Shown in pieces: positions 1 through 10,117 of a DNA stretch of 64,000 bases (positions are counted from its first letter, which is position 1; each line of letters opens with the position of its first letter). Both the position numbers and the translations under genes were made by a program. A model generated the notes under the pieces. That model did not search any database. It was given only the letters and a program-made list of their open reading frames with translations, and had not been told where the DNA came from. The DNA lies in assembly GCA_024231215.1 (NCBI GenBank), contig JAAEQR010000142.1, forward strand, positions 356,593 through 420,592, written 5' to 3'. The stretch comes from PVC group bacterium. GTDB lineage: Bacteria; Omnitrophota; Gorgyraeia; B26-G9.

Positions 1-246
1 CTCACTAGCTGCCAGAGATATCCCCACATACAATGAGCCGCGGATATCATCAATTATTTCATTCATAATTTCTTCAGTAGCAACAAAGCTTTTTAGCGAT
101 GGAGCACGGGAACCCCGAATATATCCGGCATAGCCTAAATGCAAATAATTAACTTCAAATCCGGCCTCCTGCAAACAAGCCCCAATTTGCCGTAAATTTA
201 AACCAAAAAACCCCGGATAAAATGATATTAACGTAACTTTTTCCAT
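1..246 (-). CDS. B12-binding-domain protein, probable class B radical SAM paralog; N-terminal part only (runs off window start)
   Basis: Minus-strand ATG at 246 with GGAGA RBS 10 nt upstream. Translation MEKVTLISFYPGFFGLNLRQIGACLQEAGFEV... resembles the N-terminal cobalamin-binding domain of the neighbouring 570-aa rSAM. No stop before coordinate 1. Confidence 0.45.
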   Translation of the reverse strand, partial: MEKVTLISFYPGFFGLNLRQIGACLQEAGFEVNYLHLGYAGYIRGSRAPSLKSFVATEEIMNEIIDDIRGSLYVGISLAASE

Positions 247-253
247 GTTTTTT

Positions 254-1966
254 CTATTCTCCTGAACATTTTAACATTGATTTTAATTTATTTAGTTTAG
301 CTTGTCGGAGTTTCCTTTTTGTAAACCAGGAAACATCAGACAGTTCATTTTTAACTAAATCTGTTCTCAGCTTAAAAAATCTGACAACCTCATCAGCTTC
401 ATATCCCTTTAAGAAAAGAGGAAAAAAAGAATACATGGGAGAATAATTGTAAATCAAGCCAGCATTCTCAACTCTTAAAATAAATTCCTTGAGTTTTTCT
501 GAAGCGCGCAAAGCATCCATCGTCGGAGTTTTCCACATACAATAATCGTATTTATCTCCAAAATAACTAATATTATGTTTGATTTGTTCATCAAAAATTA
601 TAGACCCCGGCAACATATAAAAACAATAAATCTTATATAACTTCAAGGGGGAATTATTTATCCAATTAATAGTGTTATTGATGCTTTCTTCAGTTTCCCC
701 AGGAAAACCGACCATAAAACTGCCATAAGCAGTGATCTTTTGTTTATCCAAAAGTTCTAAACAGCGCATATTTCCGTCAACCGTAGTCATCTTATTCATT
801 AATTTAAGCATCCGATCATCGCCACTTTCTATACCAATATTGACAATTTTACATCCTGATTTTTTCAAAAGCACTACATTCTCTTCTGTGATTGAGCTTG
901 AACGAATACCGGCAAACCACTTAAAATCAAATTTCTCATCAATCATCATCTGGCAAATTTGCTCAATCCGTTTAGGATGGACAGCGAAATGATCATCGGT
1001 AAAAGCTAAATACTCTATCCCCGATTTTTTAATCTCTCTTAATTCATCACGCACACTTTCTAAAGAACGCTGCTCCAGCTTCATTGCTGCTTTTTGGAAA
1101 GTACAGAATTTACAACGAAAAGCGCATCCCCGGCTAGTTCGGACAAAAGCTATCCCTTTAGTAAGCTCGGTTATTCTCGACCAATCAGGAAAAATATTAT
1201 TAAAATCAACAAAATCTATCTTGCGCTTAGAATACTCAACTTTTTCTTTATTTCTAAAAACAAGATTATCTATGTCATTAACTGATTGTTTATTTTTCAA
1301 ACATCTGAATAATTTATCTAAGGTAGGCAATCCATTCTCTTCCAGAATACAATAGATATTCTCATCGATCAAAAGCTTTTCAAATTCTAAATGCAACTTA
1401 CCCTCATCGGTCAGCTTACTTAATAACACACTACTGCCAATAACAATAGGTACTTCCTTATTTAATTTTCTGACAATTATTATTAATTCTTCAATTTCTG
1501 AAGCATTCATAAAATAAGTCGCAGAAATCACAACTGCCAGAGGGTTATTCTCCAATTTATCTTTCAGCTCTCTTTCATATAAAGCAATATTATCCATACT
1601 AATCGGACAATAACCCTTTCTTAATAAAAACTCATAAATATACACAGCTGTTATTGTGGGAATCCCTGTTGGGTTGAAAAATCTCTCATCATATTGTGGC
1701 TGATAAACATATTTTTTATCATTTAAGACAAAATTAAGTAACTCAAAAATTCCAAAACGCCAATTATTAATCCATTCGGGAATTTCGATATTGTAAAGAA
1801 TTCTCGCTTTTATTTTTTTAACACTCTTCAGCTTTGAAATGTTTTTTAGAAAATATTTATTTTTAATATTGTATAAATTTAAAAAAAGACGCTTAATGAA
1901 AGATTTTTTTGTATCTATTGCCGGGATCCTATTCCTGCAAATTATGATTACCTCATCGTTCTTCAT
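254..1966 (-). CDS. B12-binding radical SAM protein (class B rSAM)
   Basis: CxxxCxxC motif (RGCAFRCKFCTF) with an N-terminal B12-binding-like domain; 570 aa. Lies inside the glycan/isoprenoid operon. Confidence 0.75.
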   Translation of the reverse strand: MKNDEVIIICRNRIPAIDTKKSFIKRLFLNLYNIKNKYFLKNISKLKSVKKIKARILYNIEIPEWINNWRFGIFELLNFVLNDKKYVYQPQYDERFFNPTGIPTITAVYIYEFLLRKGYCPISMDNIALYERELKDKLENNPLAVVISATYFMNASEIEELIIIVRKLNKEVPIVIGSSVLLSKLTDEGKLHLEFEKLLIDENIYCILEENGLPTLDKLFRCLKNKQSVNDIDNLVFRNKEKVEYSKRKIDFVDFNNIFPDWSRITELTKGIAFVRTSRGCAFRCKFCTFQKAAMKLEQRSLESVRDELREIKKSGIEYLAFTDDHFAVHPKRIEQICQMMIDEKFDFKWFAGIRSSSITEENVVLLKKSGCKIVNIGIESGDDRMLKLMNKMTTVDGNMRCLELLDKQKITAYGSFMVGFPGETEESINNTINWINNSPLKLYKIYCFYMLPGSIIFDEQIKHNISYFGDKYDYCMWKTPTMDALRASEKLKEFILRVENAGLIYNYSPMYSFFPLFLKGYEADEVVRFFKLRTDLVKNELSDVSWFTKRKLRQAKLNKLKSMLKCSGE

Positions 1967-4367
1967 TCTCTTCTCCTTCTAAAACATAGATCATTCCACT
2001 ATCGGCATCGACAAATATTTTTTGTCCGGTTTTAATTTTCTGGGTTGCTGTAAATAAATTGCCTACAGCCGGTATACCTATTTCCCGAGCAACAATCGCT
2101 CCGTGCGACAAATAATTCCCCATATCAGTTACAATCGCACCGGCAATTGCAAACAATGGCGTCCAACTTGGATTAGTTGAAACTGCCACTAAAATCTCAC
2201 CGGCCTTTAAAAGCCCCATATCTTTTTTGCTCTTTATCACTCTGGCAATGCCTGTATAAGTTCCACTGCTTAAGGCTAATCCCTGCATGCTTAATCCCGG
2301 GGACTGTTTATAAGCGATTTTTTCTTCCCTTCCACTTTTGTAAATCCTTATTTGTTCAAAAGACTCCTGCTGGGATAAACGTTCCCAATCTAGTTTTCTT
2401 TGATCAATACACTCCTGTTCTATCTGAAAATCTTTTGTGCAAACCTCATCTAATGTCTTAAAAAAAATATCATTTACAGTCTTAAAATTATTTTTTTGTG
2501 AAAGTGAAAGTGCCTGTTTGCGAATTTGAAACATTATCCTAACAATATTTTGCTTTATAGCCTCTCTCCAGATACTACACTTCTGAATATGACGAATTAA
2601 AACCTTAACTGGCAACCGAAAGAATAAAGGAATACTTTTCAATACAAGATCTTCCGTTTTAACTCGTCTCTGGATACGAGAATCTCTTTCTTTTTCAAAA
2701 TTGATCTCTGTTTTTTGTTCAATATAATGCTTAAGTGTTATCTCGACAAAACTATGATCCTCAGCCCAACGAGGATAAACTAACTCAAATTCTTTTAAGG
2801 ATTGATGCCCGAATTTTTCCAGAAAAACATCCCACTTTTTCGCAGAATCTGCTCCATACTTAGAAATCAAAGTGTGCAAAGAACCTTGGGAATTTTTTAT
2901 TTTCGCTAATAAATGGTCTTCTTTGCGTATAAAAGAAGCCAATTCCCATAAAGCTTCGCTTGCTGCTGTACTCTCGATTTTTCCCAGCCCGGTAACTAAT
3001 CCATCCATCATCACTGATACTTTTTCACCTGGCATATTTTCTTTAATCAATCCACCTATAATTATGGTGCCTAGTTCAAAGAAAATAGCTACTTTAACAT
3101 GTATTCTCATGTTTTGTTCTAAAAGTTCTCTTAAATCTTTTAACGCTTCTTTTTCTGTCAAAGTCATTATTTTACTCAATCTCCGAGAAAATCGCTTTTG
3201 AGCTACTTGCACAAAAAAAGGTAACGTTATAAAAGACACAAAATAAAAAAATAAAACTTTAAACAGTATAAAAGGCTTTTGTTTTTTAATATCCTGCACA
3301 TTATAAATTTGTTTAAATGCTGTTTGGTTACAATAAGCTCTGCCGTCAAAAAGAGAAAATAAATCATGCTCAAGGGGTATTAGACCTAGGCTTGTTACCG
3401 CATTTTTAAAACCTTGATTCGTCGCCTTATTCACAACTGACCAAGTGAACGGAGTTACAACGTCCGGGATAACATCTGCTACATTATCTCTAGTCCACAA
3501 AATATATTCATCATGTTTGATCTTACCTATCGTGATTGGCCTTACCTGCAAAACATACAATTTATTATTTTGATAAGCCCATTCGATATCTACTGGATAT
3601 TTAAACAACTTTTTTAGCTTTTGAGCTAATCGGGAAATTTCTTCTATCTGTTCATTATTTAAAACAGGATGATTAGATAATTTATCCGGCAGTTTGCTTA
3701 ATTCTTGCGGATTCTCAGGAGAACGCCAATATCTTTGCTTTCCGGTAATCACATGATTTATATTTCCACTATCTATATCAAGCTCATATTGATCGGATAC
3801 CGCTTCCCCGCTTACTAATGCCTCAGCCAGACCACAAACTGCATTAATAATGATAATTTTTTTTTCGGGCTGGTTAGGATCTTGGGTGAAGCATACTCCC
3901 GAACTAATTGGAGAAAGTACTTTTTGAATAAGCAGAGCCATTCTCTTGGGCTTATCCATCTTATTCGCCTGAATCCCCTGTTCATAGGATTTAACATGCG
4001 GAGAATCACCAGATTGCCAACAAGCCTGACATGCATTCTTAATTTCAGAAATCTCGTTTTTACAAATCAAAGACAGATACTGCCCCGCGTAAGAAGCCTG
4101 GGCGCTATCCTCTGATTCTCCTGATGACCGGACAATCAGCAAACAATTATCAAAAAAATATTTTCTTATATCCGAATAAAGCTGTTCTAAATTTTCTTTA
4201 TTATTGAAAGCAGTATAAGCTTGAAAATTTAAAATCACCCCTTCAGGCACAACAAACCCCGCTTTATAGCAAATCGCACAATTAAACGCCTTTGCCCCCA
4301 CAAAGGGCAATCCTTCAGCATAAGATTGATCGTATGTGTGAATAAATTTATTAAGCACCAAAAACAA
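1953..4367 (-). CDS. PEP-utilising / pyruvate-phosphate-dikinase-N family phosphotransferase (PEP-synthase / rifampicin-phosphotransferase-like architecture)
   Basis: C-terminal swivel phospho-His motif GNYLSHGAIVAREIGIPAVG and a PPDK-N ATP-grasp-like N-terminus. Ends with the mobile domain and has no TIM barrel. 14-nt overlap with the upstream rSAM. Confidence 0.7.
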   Translation of the reverse strand: MFLVLNKFIHTYDQSYAEGLPFVGAKAFNCAICYKAGFVVPEGVILNFQAYTAFNNKENLEQLYSDIRKYFFDNCLLIVRSSGESEDSAQASYAGQYLSLICKNEISEIKNACQACWQSGDSPHVKSYEQGIQANKMDKPKRMALLIQKVLSPISSGVCFTQDPNQPEKKIIIINAVCGLAEALVSGEAVSDQYELDIDSGNINHVITGKQRYWRSPENPQELSKLPDKLSNHPVLNNEQIEEISRLAQKLKKLFKYPVDIEWAYQNNKLYVLQVRPITIGKIKHDEYILWTRDNVADVIPDVVTPFTWSVVNKATNQGFKNAVTSLGLIPLEHDLFSLFDGRAYCNQTAFKQIYNVQDIKKQKPFILFKVLFFYFVSFITLPFFVQVAQKRFSRRLSKIMTLTEKEALKDLRELLEQNMRIHVKVAIFFELGTIIIGGLIKENMPGEKVSVMMDGLVTGLGKIESTAASEALWELASFIRKEDHLLAKIKNSQGSLHTLISKYGADSAKKWDVFLEKFGHQSLKEFELVYPRWAEDHSFVEITLKHYIEQKTEINFEKERDSRIQRRVKTEDLVLKSIPLFFRLPVKVLIRHIQKCSIWREAIKQNIVRIMFQIRKQALSLSQKNNFKTVNDIFFKTLDEVCTKDFQIEQECIDQRKLDWERLSQQESFEQIRIYKSGREEKIAYKQSPGLSMQGLALSSGTYTGIARVIKSKKDMGLLKAGEILVAVSTNPSWTPLFAIAGAIVTDMGNYLSHGAIVAREIGIPAVGNLFTATQKIKTGQKIFVDADSGMIYVLEGEENEER

Positions 4368-5397
4368 ACCTCTCTAATTTTCCATATTTTTTATCTTGGA
4401 TTTCTCCATTAATTGACATTTGGGCTTTGACAACTGTTTGTAAATATTGCCCCTTACCTAAGAGTGACTTTAACCATTTCGGATATGATCTTACCCTTAA
4501 TAGATAAAACAAACTCACTAATAATGTATTTAACCGGTTATTCTTTGTCATTCCTAAAGGAAAATCCTGAGACACAGACTTACAATCAGAAATTAAGCTG
4601 ATCTCATATTGTTTCTCAGCCGTAAAATTCAGTTTCATATTGTATTGTACTCCACTTCTTATACTATCATTCTCTTCTTCACTAACTTTCAAATCAATAG
4701 CATTAATTTGTTTACCGTTTTTATCCAACAAACATAAAATCCTAAGTTTTTCTGCCTTCCCTTTTAGTTCAATTTCAGAAAATATAAATGTAAAATCCGC
4801 AAAAAACACTCGGATCCAAACCCAGCCCTTAAACTCTCGAGCGATATTAAGGTTACCCCAATTATGGTCATGATACGCGATGCCCTCAATATTTATTTTT
4901 TTCTGATCAATTTCAATCTTCCCTGTTGCTTGCGCCCGGGGTAAAGGAACAATCCAATTAAACAACTCCTTATTTTTTTTATTTTCATAGACACATTCAC
5001 TTTTGTTACAAAAAAAAGGCAATTTACGTTTTAAAGTTAAATCAACTGCAACATCTTTCTCCTTAACAAAAATTTTATAATCCCCATTATTTTCTTCTAT
5101 TCTCCCACCCGGAAAAATAATTTTGCAGCAATTTTTATCTTGAACAACCTCTGCCCGCGAATAGCGTAAAACCCGCACTGTCGATTGAACCGGATCATTA
5201 TTGTTTTTATTAAGATTTTCATATATCCGAATAACTAAAAGGCATAAATTATTTCTCAGACTAAAGACTGGAGACTGCCATTCTATATATACATTTCTCC
5301 CATCTTCTAAATCAAAATCAAAATACCACCATTCGAAAAACTTACTCTGATCTTCTATATAAGAGCCATCATGCCGCAAAGATTTTACTTGATCCAT
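4351..5397 (-). CDS. hypothetical protein, possibly CrtC/AttH-like lipocalin hydratase family
   Basis: EWWYFDFDLEDGRNVYIEW N-terminal signature, reminiscent of hydroxyneurosporene-synthase-like proteins. Weak. Confidence 0.35.
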   Translation of the reverse strand: MDQVKSLRHDGSYIEDQSKFFEWWYFDFDLEDGRNVYIEWQSPVFSLRNNLCLLVIRIYENLNKNNNDPVQSTVRVLRYSRAEVVQDKNCCKIIFPGGRIEENNGDYKIFVKEKDVAVDLTLKRKLPFFCNKSECVYENKKNKELFNWIVPLPRAQATGKIEIDQKKINIEGIAYHDHNWGNLNIAREFKGWVWIRVFFADFTFIFSEIELKGKAEKLRILCLLDKNGKQINAIDLKVSEEENDSIRSGVQYNMKLNFTAEKQYEISLISDCKSVSQDFPLGMTKNNRLNTLLVSLFYLLRVRSYPKWLKSLLGKGQYLQTVVKAQMSINGEIQDKKYGKLERFVFGA

Positions 5398-5486
5398 AGA
5401 TTCCCTTTTTTAAAAATTACAACTTATTTTGGTTAACAATTAATCTCCCGCACCTGCTCCGATAATTATTAACAGCATCTTATTTA

Positions 5487-6488
5487 TCATATTCCCCCCA
5501 CAGTTTTCAAGCGGTTATTACACAACACCAGCAAGGGGAAAAATATTCTTTTAAAAGTAATTTTCGTAGACATGTCCTGCAATAACTTTTTAGTATAAAA
5601 ATTCCTCGTCATTCGGGAAAATTCCTTTCGGGCAAACTTTTCATTAATAAAATAATCTGAAACAATTTTCCCTGACAAAAGCGCTCCAGAAATCCCATTT
5701 AAATAAAATGGATCGATCATTCCGCTCATCGTTCCCGCTAAAACTATCCCCTCTTTTTCTATGTTTTTATTCTGGGGAATACATCCGGAAGAAAATGTCC
5801 AGGTTTCAAAGGAAATCTTTTCTTTTTCCCAAATAAAATCTTCAAATCTTTTTAAGCTATCGCTATTCATTGAATTACGTGAGAATAGAAGCCCAAACAT
5901 ACAATCATCATATGATGCAAGATAAGCAAACTCTCCGTTTGTATAATCACCAAAACAAGATACTGCGATATTTTTATTTGGAGTAATTCCTGAAGCCCTA
6001 AACCCATGAATCATCTTATATTTGATACCGCATATTTGATAAGCCGGAATCTCTAATCCGCAGGAGACTATAGCTTTTGATCTGTCTTTTTTAAGAATAC
6101 TTAAAGTTTCCTGATCAAGCGGCTGATCATAAATAAACTTCACTCCTAAGCCACAAGCAATTTTATAAAGATACTTTTCAATTGAATTTTCATGGCCGCC
6201 TTTTAAACACAAAAAAGCATTCGGAGGGTTAACCGCATGAGTTTTTTTGTCATAAAAATATATCGAATGGCTTACCGCCCGGCGAAAACACCGCGATATA
6301 TCAATGCCAATGTATTCCGAGGTACGGTCAATATCCATATATTGCAAATGAACAGACGGATGCCATTTAGGATCACCTCCTACTGTTTTTCTGCTTTCAA
6401 TGATTTCGGCTTCAAAACCTGCCTTGGCTAAATTTATACCGGCAACCAATCCGGAAATGCCTGCTCCATAAATTTTAATTTTTTCCAC
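5487..6488 (-). CDS. FAD-dependent oxidoreductase, geranylgeranyl-reductase-like
   Basis: N-terminal dinucleotide fold IYGAGISGLVAGINLAKAGFEAEIIE; 333 aa; sits among isoprenoid genes. Confidence 0.55.
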   Translation of the reverse strand: MEKIKIYGAGISGLVAGINLAKAGFEAEIIESRKTVGGDPKWHPSVHLQYMDIDRTSEYIGIDISRCFRRAVSHSIYFYDKKTHAVNPPNAFLCLKGGHENSIEKYLYKIACGLGVKFIYDQPLDQETLSILKKDRSKAIVSCGLEIPAYQICGIKYKMIHGFRASGITPNKNIAVSCFGDYTNGEFAYLASYDDCMFGLLFSRNSMNSDSLKRFEDFIWEKEKISFETWTFSSGCIPQNKNIEKEGIVLAGTMSGMIDPFYLNGISGALLSGKIVSDYFINEKFARKEFSRMTRNFYTKKLLQDMSTKITFKRIFFPLLVLCNNRLKTVGGI

Positions 6489-6548
6489 TTTTAAATCCTT
6501 ATTGATTTTAAGCTAATCTTAAAACTTTATTATTTAAACATTTACTTA

Positions 6549-8027
6549 TTAACGCGTTACTTTTAATAAATTTAAAATTTCAGAAATTTTTTCTATTTTT
6601 AGTTCGCCAAACATAATCAGAAAAATAAAATAACAAAATAAACCCACAAAAAACGGGATCAGGAAAAACATATCTTTCAGGAAAAATATTATTCCTCCGG
6701 CCAAAACAGCGGCGAAAGCAGGCTTAAATATTAAACTGATCAAACTGGGACTGTTTTTAAACGACTCCCTGAATAAACGCGATTTCATTATGAGCACGAG
6801 GAAACCGCAAAAAACAGTTGTCGCACTTGCACCAATGTAGCCATATTGGGGAATCAAAATAAGATTTAAGATGAAATTTGCGCAGATTATAAGCAATGAG
6901 CCCAGCATTAAGATTTTAAGTTTTTCTTTCTGCACAATCAAAAACAGCCCCATTGGCCCGGCAAAATGATTCAACAAGAAAGACCAGATTAAAATCCTGA
7001 AAACCTGAGAACTAAGGGCAAATTCCTTTCCGAAAACAAATGGCACAATTTGCCCGGAAAGCAAAAATAGTGCTACCGTCAAAAAACTGGAAAAAATTAT
7101 CATTACTCTCATTGATTTAAGATATATTGGGTATGTATTTTCTAAAGAGCTCTTACTTTGGGATGATATAAATGGCAACATCGCACCCATAAAACAACCG
7201 GTTGCCACACCTAAAGCTTCATTCAGTTGAACCGCCACCCCATATATTCCTACATCCTGCATAGTTTTCATTTTAGAAAGCATGATAATATCCATTCTTC
7301 TTAATAAAATGCTTAAACCAATAAGAGCAAAAAGAGGAAAAGCCTGTTTTAAAAGACTATTTACTATCTTCCGATCAAATCTGGGTTTAAATTTGACAAA
7401 ATCCTTTTGAACAATGTAAAAAAGCACAAGTGAAGTAACTCCTGTGCCCAAGATCATCAGCAATATCATTCCGCCAAGATTTAAACCTAACCGAAGAAAT
7501 AAAATACCCAATATCGTAAAAAAAACAGAAAGAACTACCCCCACAACAGAAAAGATTTCCATTTTCTCAAATCCACTCAGAATTGCCGTTAACCGACTAA
7601 TTACTGAATTAAAAAAAATGGTAAACCCAGATAAAACTATTAAAAACATCATCTGTTTAGAGTAACCTAAATAGAAAGCTATAATTACCATCCCTATCCA
7701 AGCCAACAATGAAAAACCGATGGACAGAAAGATTGAATTACCGTAAAGCTCTGGAGCTTTTGTCTTGTCTTTGGCAATTTCCCGGGTGACGACAGTTGAT
7801 AAGCCAAAATCCGCAAAAATATTAGCAAAAGCAAGAAAAGCTAAAATAGTGGAAAACATTCCGAAGCCGTCCTGAGAAAGATATCGAGCCACGCAAGAGA
7901 TGAAAATTAGATTTATTACCCCGGTTAACACTTTATTCCCGAGTAAAGCAATCGTATTTTTAAGAACTCTAAATAGATTTGTTTTTTTGAATTCCATTTG
8001 TTTCCGCTTGATCCTCAACTGAAGCAA
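6549..8027 (-). CDS. MOP-superfamily polysaccharide/oligosaccharide flippase (Wzx-like)
   Basis: 492 aa, about 12-14 predicted TM helices with a typical polysaccharide-biosynthesis-protein layout. Confidence 0.7.
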   Translation of the reverse strand: MLQLRIKRKQMEFKKTNLFRVLKNTIALLGNKVLTGVINLIFISCVARYLSQDGFGMFSTILAFLAFANIFADFGLSTVVTREIAKDKTKAPELYGNSIFLSIGFSLLAWIGMVIIAFYLGYSKQMMFLIVLSGFTIFFNSVISRLTAILSGFEKMEIFSVVGVVLSVFFTILGILFLRLGLNLGGMILLMILGTGVTSLVLFYIVQKDFVKFKPRFDRKIVNSLLKQAFPLFALIGLSILLRRMDIIMLSKMKTMQDVGIYGVAVQLNEALGVATGCFMGAMLPFISSQSKSSLENTYPIYLKSMRVMIIFSSFLTVALFLLSGQIVPFVFGKEFALSSQVFRILIWSFLLNHFAGPMGLFLIVQKEKLKILMLGSLLIICANFILNLILIPQYGYIGASATTVFCGFLVLIMKSRLFRESFKNSPSLISLIFKPAFAAVLAGGIIFFLKDMFFLIPFFVGLFCYFIFLIMFGELKIEKISEILNLLKVTR

Positions 8028-8039
8028 CCTCCAGCCCGG

Positions 8040-9209
8040 CTACTCCTTATCTCTCTGTTCCGATGATTTTTTCTGCAAAGATTGCGCATGCTGAATCTTT
8101 TTCTTTAATAGGTTAAATATTCGCGAGTTACTCCCCTTAGGATAAAAAATTACAAAAAGGGATGATAAATGTTCCCTTGTGCTGAAATCGGAATAATTAA
8201 AATTAATAAAAAATAGTAATGTTGTGAATATAATTAAAAAGGGAGAATAATTAAAAGTCATAATTAATGTGAGATATATCGGCAATATTACATGGGGGAA
8301 ATAAACGTGTAAAAGATTGTAAGGACTCGTCCATTCTCTTAATTCCCATCTATAATACGGATCATAAAAATCCTTTTTCTTTAAATTATTTATATCTAAA
8401 TAGACTGTCCGTAAAAGCAGCACCGCAAACAAAAAAACAATCGGTAAAACAGGCGAAAAAGTATAATAAAATGACATGGGCGGTACTTTTACTAAAATAA
8501 TCATCATAAATACAGCCCATGAGATTCTTTCAGTGAAAAGCGCTTTTCTGTAAAACTTTGTCATTCTTTCCACGCCTATTTTAGACCCAAGGGTCAAGGT
8601 TCCTGATTTAGCATCATTAACCGAATCAAATGCTTGATGACCTATTTCCTTGGCAAGACCAACTACGGTGGCACAGCAAGCAATTGCCCACATATCCCAT
8701 CCTCCGAATACTCCAAAAGCTGAAAACAAAAGCATTATCGGCAAAGGAGACTGAGCAAAACAAGCTGCTACTATTCCCAAACTTCTCCTCTCTTTAAACC
8801 TTATTGGTTTCAGAGAATAAAAAGTGGCTAGAAATAACTGTGTCATCCATAAATAAATAAAATAGCTTTTCCCGACAAACAGTATTCCTGTCAAGATTGT
8901 TAGCAAAAAAAGAATGCTCAGAATAGATACAGCTTTAGCATTACTAATATTTTTAAAAGTATTACTCTTGCCCTCTTGCGTATCCGGTTCCTTATCTCCG
9001 AATTCATTGACTAAGTACCCATAAAGACTAGATATGGAGGCAAAGGCAATAAAAACAAAAAAATCCCTGATAAATATAAGTGAGTACGTAGAATATGCCA
9101 AACAAATGTAGAAACATGTAATACAAAAAAAAGGCAATTTATCCGTAGCCCAATCTGTCCAGCGAAGAGTTTTAAGAATTTTTGCTTTTTCCCACATAAT
9201 TACTTCCAT
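8040..9209 (-). CDS. UbiA-family prenyltransferase-like integral membrane protein
   Basis: Polytopic. Motif NEFGDKEPD (N-D/E-xx-D-xxx-D type) after the second TM region and DSVND (DxxxD) about 125 aa later, as in UbiA/DGGGP-synthase/DPPR-synthase enzymes. The track ORF starts at 9344 but overlaps the upstream GT2 by 145 nt; the internal ATG at 9209 (MEVIMWEK) or 9197 is the likely start. Confidence 0.5.
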   Translation of the reverse strand: MEVIMWEKAKILKTLRWTDWATDKLPFFCITCFYICLAYSTYSLIFIRDFFVFIAFASISSLYGYLVNEFGDKEPDTQEGKSNTFKNISNAKAVSILSILFLLTILTGILFVGKSYFIYLWMTQLFLATFYSLKPIRFKERRSLGIVAACFAQSPLPIMLLFSAFGVFGGWDMWAIACCATVVGLAKEIGHQAFDSVNDAKSGTLTLGSKIGVERMTKFYRKALFTERISWAVFMMIILVKVPPMSFYYTFSPVLPIVFLFAVLLLRTVYLDINNLKKKDFYDPYYRWELREWTSPYNLLHVYFPHVILPIYLTLIMTFNYSPFLIIFTTLLFFINFNYSDFSTREHLSSLFVIFYPKGSNSRIFNLLKKKIQHAQSLQKKSSEQRDKE

Positions 9210-10117
9210 TCCAAATTTTGAGTGTTCACTTCTCGCAATAACAACCCATCTCGCAACCCTCGCATCTTCGCAAATATGGGTTTTTTGTAACCAAAAAGTA
9301 TTTTTTTCATCACAACCCACAGGAATTCCGCAACGATAAAGCATATAAATTTAATAAGGTTACACAAAGAAGCATTCTTCCGGACAAAGACCGCAGAGCC
9401 CCTTCCCATTAAATAATACCAACGCGGATTACGGTCTCCTCCTGTGCTTGCTGCAACACTATGCCATATCTTTGCTTCTGGCACATGGATTATCTTATAT
9501 CCCTTAGCTCTTGCGCGTACGCACCAATCAACATCTTCGAAATAGGAAAAATATACGGGGTCAAGCAACCCTATTTCATCAATAACTTTTTTCTTAATAA
9601 GCAATCCACACCCAATTATAAAATCAACTTCTCGAATATGATCATATTGCCCATCATCCTTGTTATTACAGGCGAGCGATTCAATCACATATTCCCGAAA
9701 ATTAATTTTGCCTCCAATTGAGTATAGATACCCGGGATGCAGTTCTAAGTGGTACATTTTGGGTCCTAATATCCCTATCTGCGCATTCTTTTCTCCCTCA
9801 GCAACAAGATGATCCAAAACAAAACTATCTACCATCGTGTCATTATTGAGCAAAAAGATATAGTCTGCCCCATTTTTAAGAGCATAACGCATGCCGACAT
9901 TATTGCCTTCGCTAAAACCAAGGTTTGTTTTGTTTTGAATTATTTCAATGTCCGGGAAATTTTCAGAGATACAAGACACTGACCCGTCAGTAGATCCATT
10001 ATCAACAAAAATCACTTCGTAATTAGGATACTTTAGCTGTCTGATACTATAAAGACATTTCAGGCTGTCTTGTTTACCATTCCAATTTAATATAATAATC
10101 GCTACTTTAGGATACAT
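9200..10117 (-). CDS. family 2 glycosyltransferase
   Basis: VAIIILNWNG...YEVIFVDNGSTDGS and DVDWCVRA motifs. Confidence 0.75.
   Translation of the reverse strand: MYPKVAIIILNWNGKQDSLKCLYSIRQLKYPNYEVIFVDNGSTDGSVSCISENFPDIEIIQNKTNLGFSEGNNVGMRYALKNGADYIFLLNNDTMVDSFVLDHLVAEGEKNAQIGILGPKMYHLELHPGYLYSIGGKINFREYVIESLACNNKDDGQYDHIREVDFIIGCGLLIKKKVIDEIGLLDPVYFSYFEDVDWCVRARAKGYKIIHVPEAKIWHSVAASTGGDRNPRWYYLMGRGSAVFVRKNASLCNLIKFICFIVAEFLWVVMKKILFGYKKPIFAKMRGLRDGLLLREVNTQNLEWK

Noticed and set aside
8040-9344. 145-nt overlap between the UbiA-like gene and the upstream GT2, read as a frameshifted pseudogene
   Set aside because: In-frame ATGs at 9209 and 9197 give a normal short overlap or abutment, so the gene does not need to be broken.
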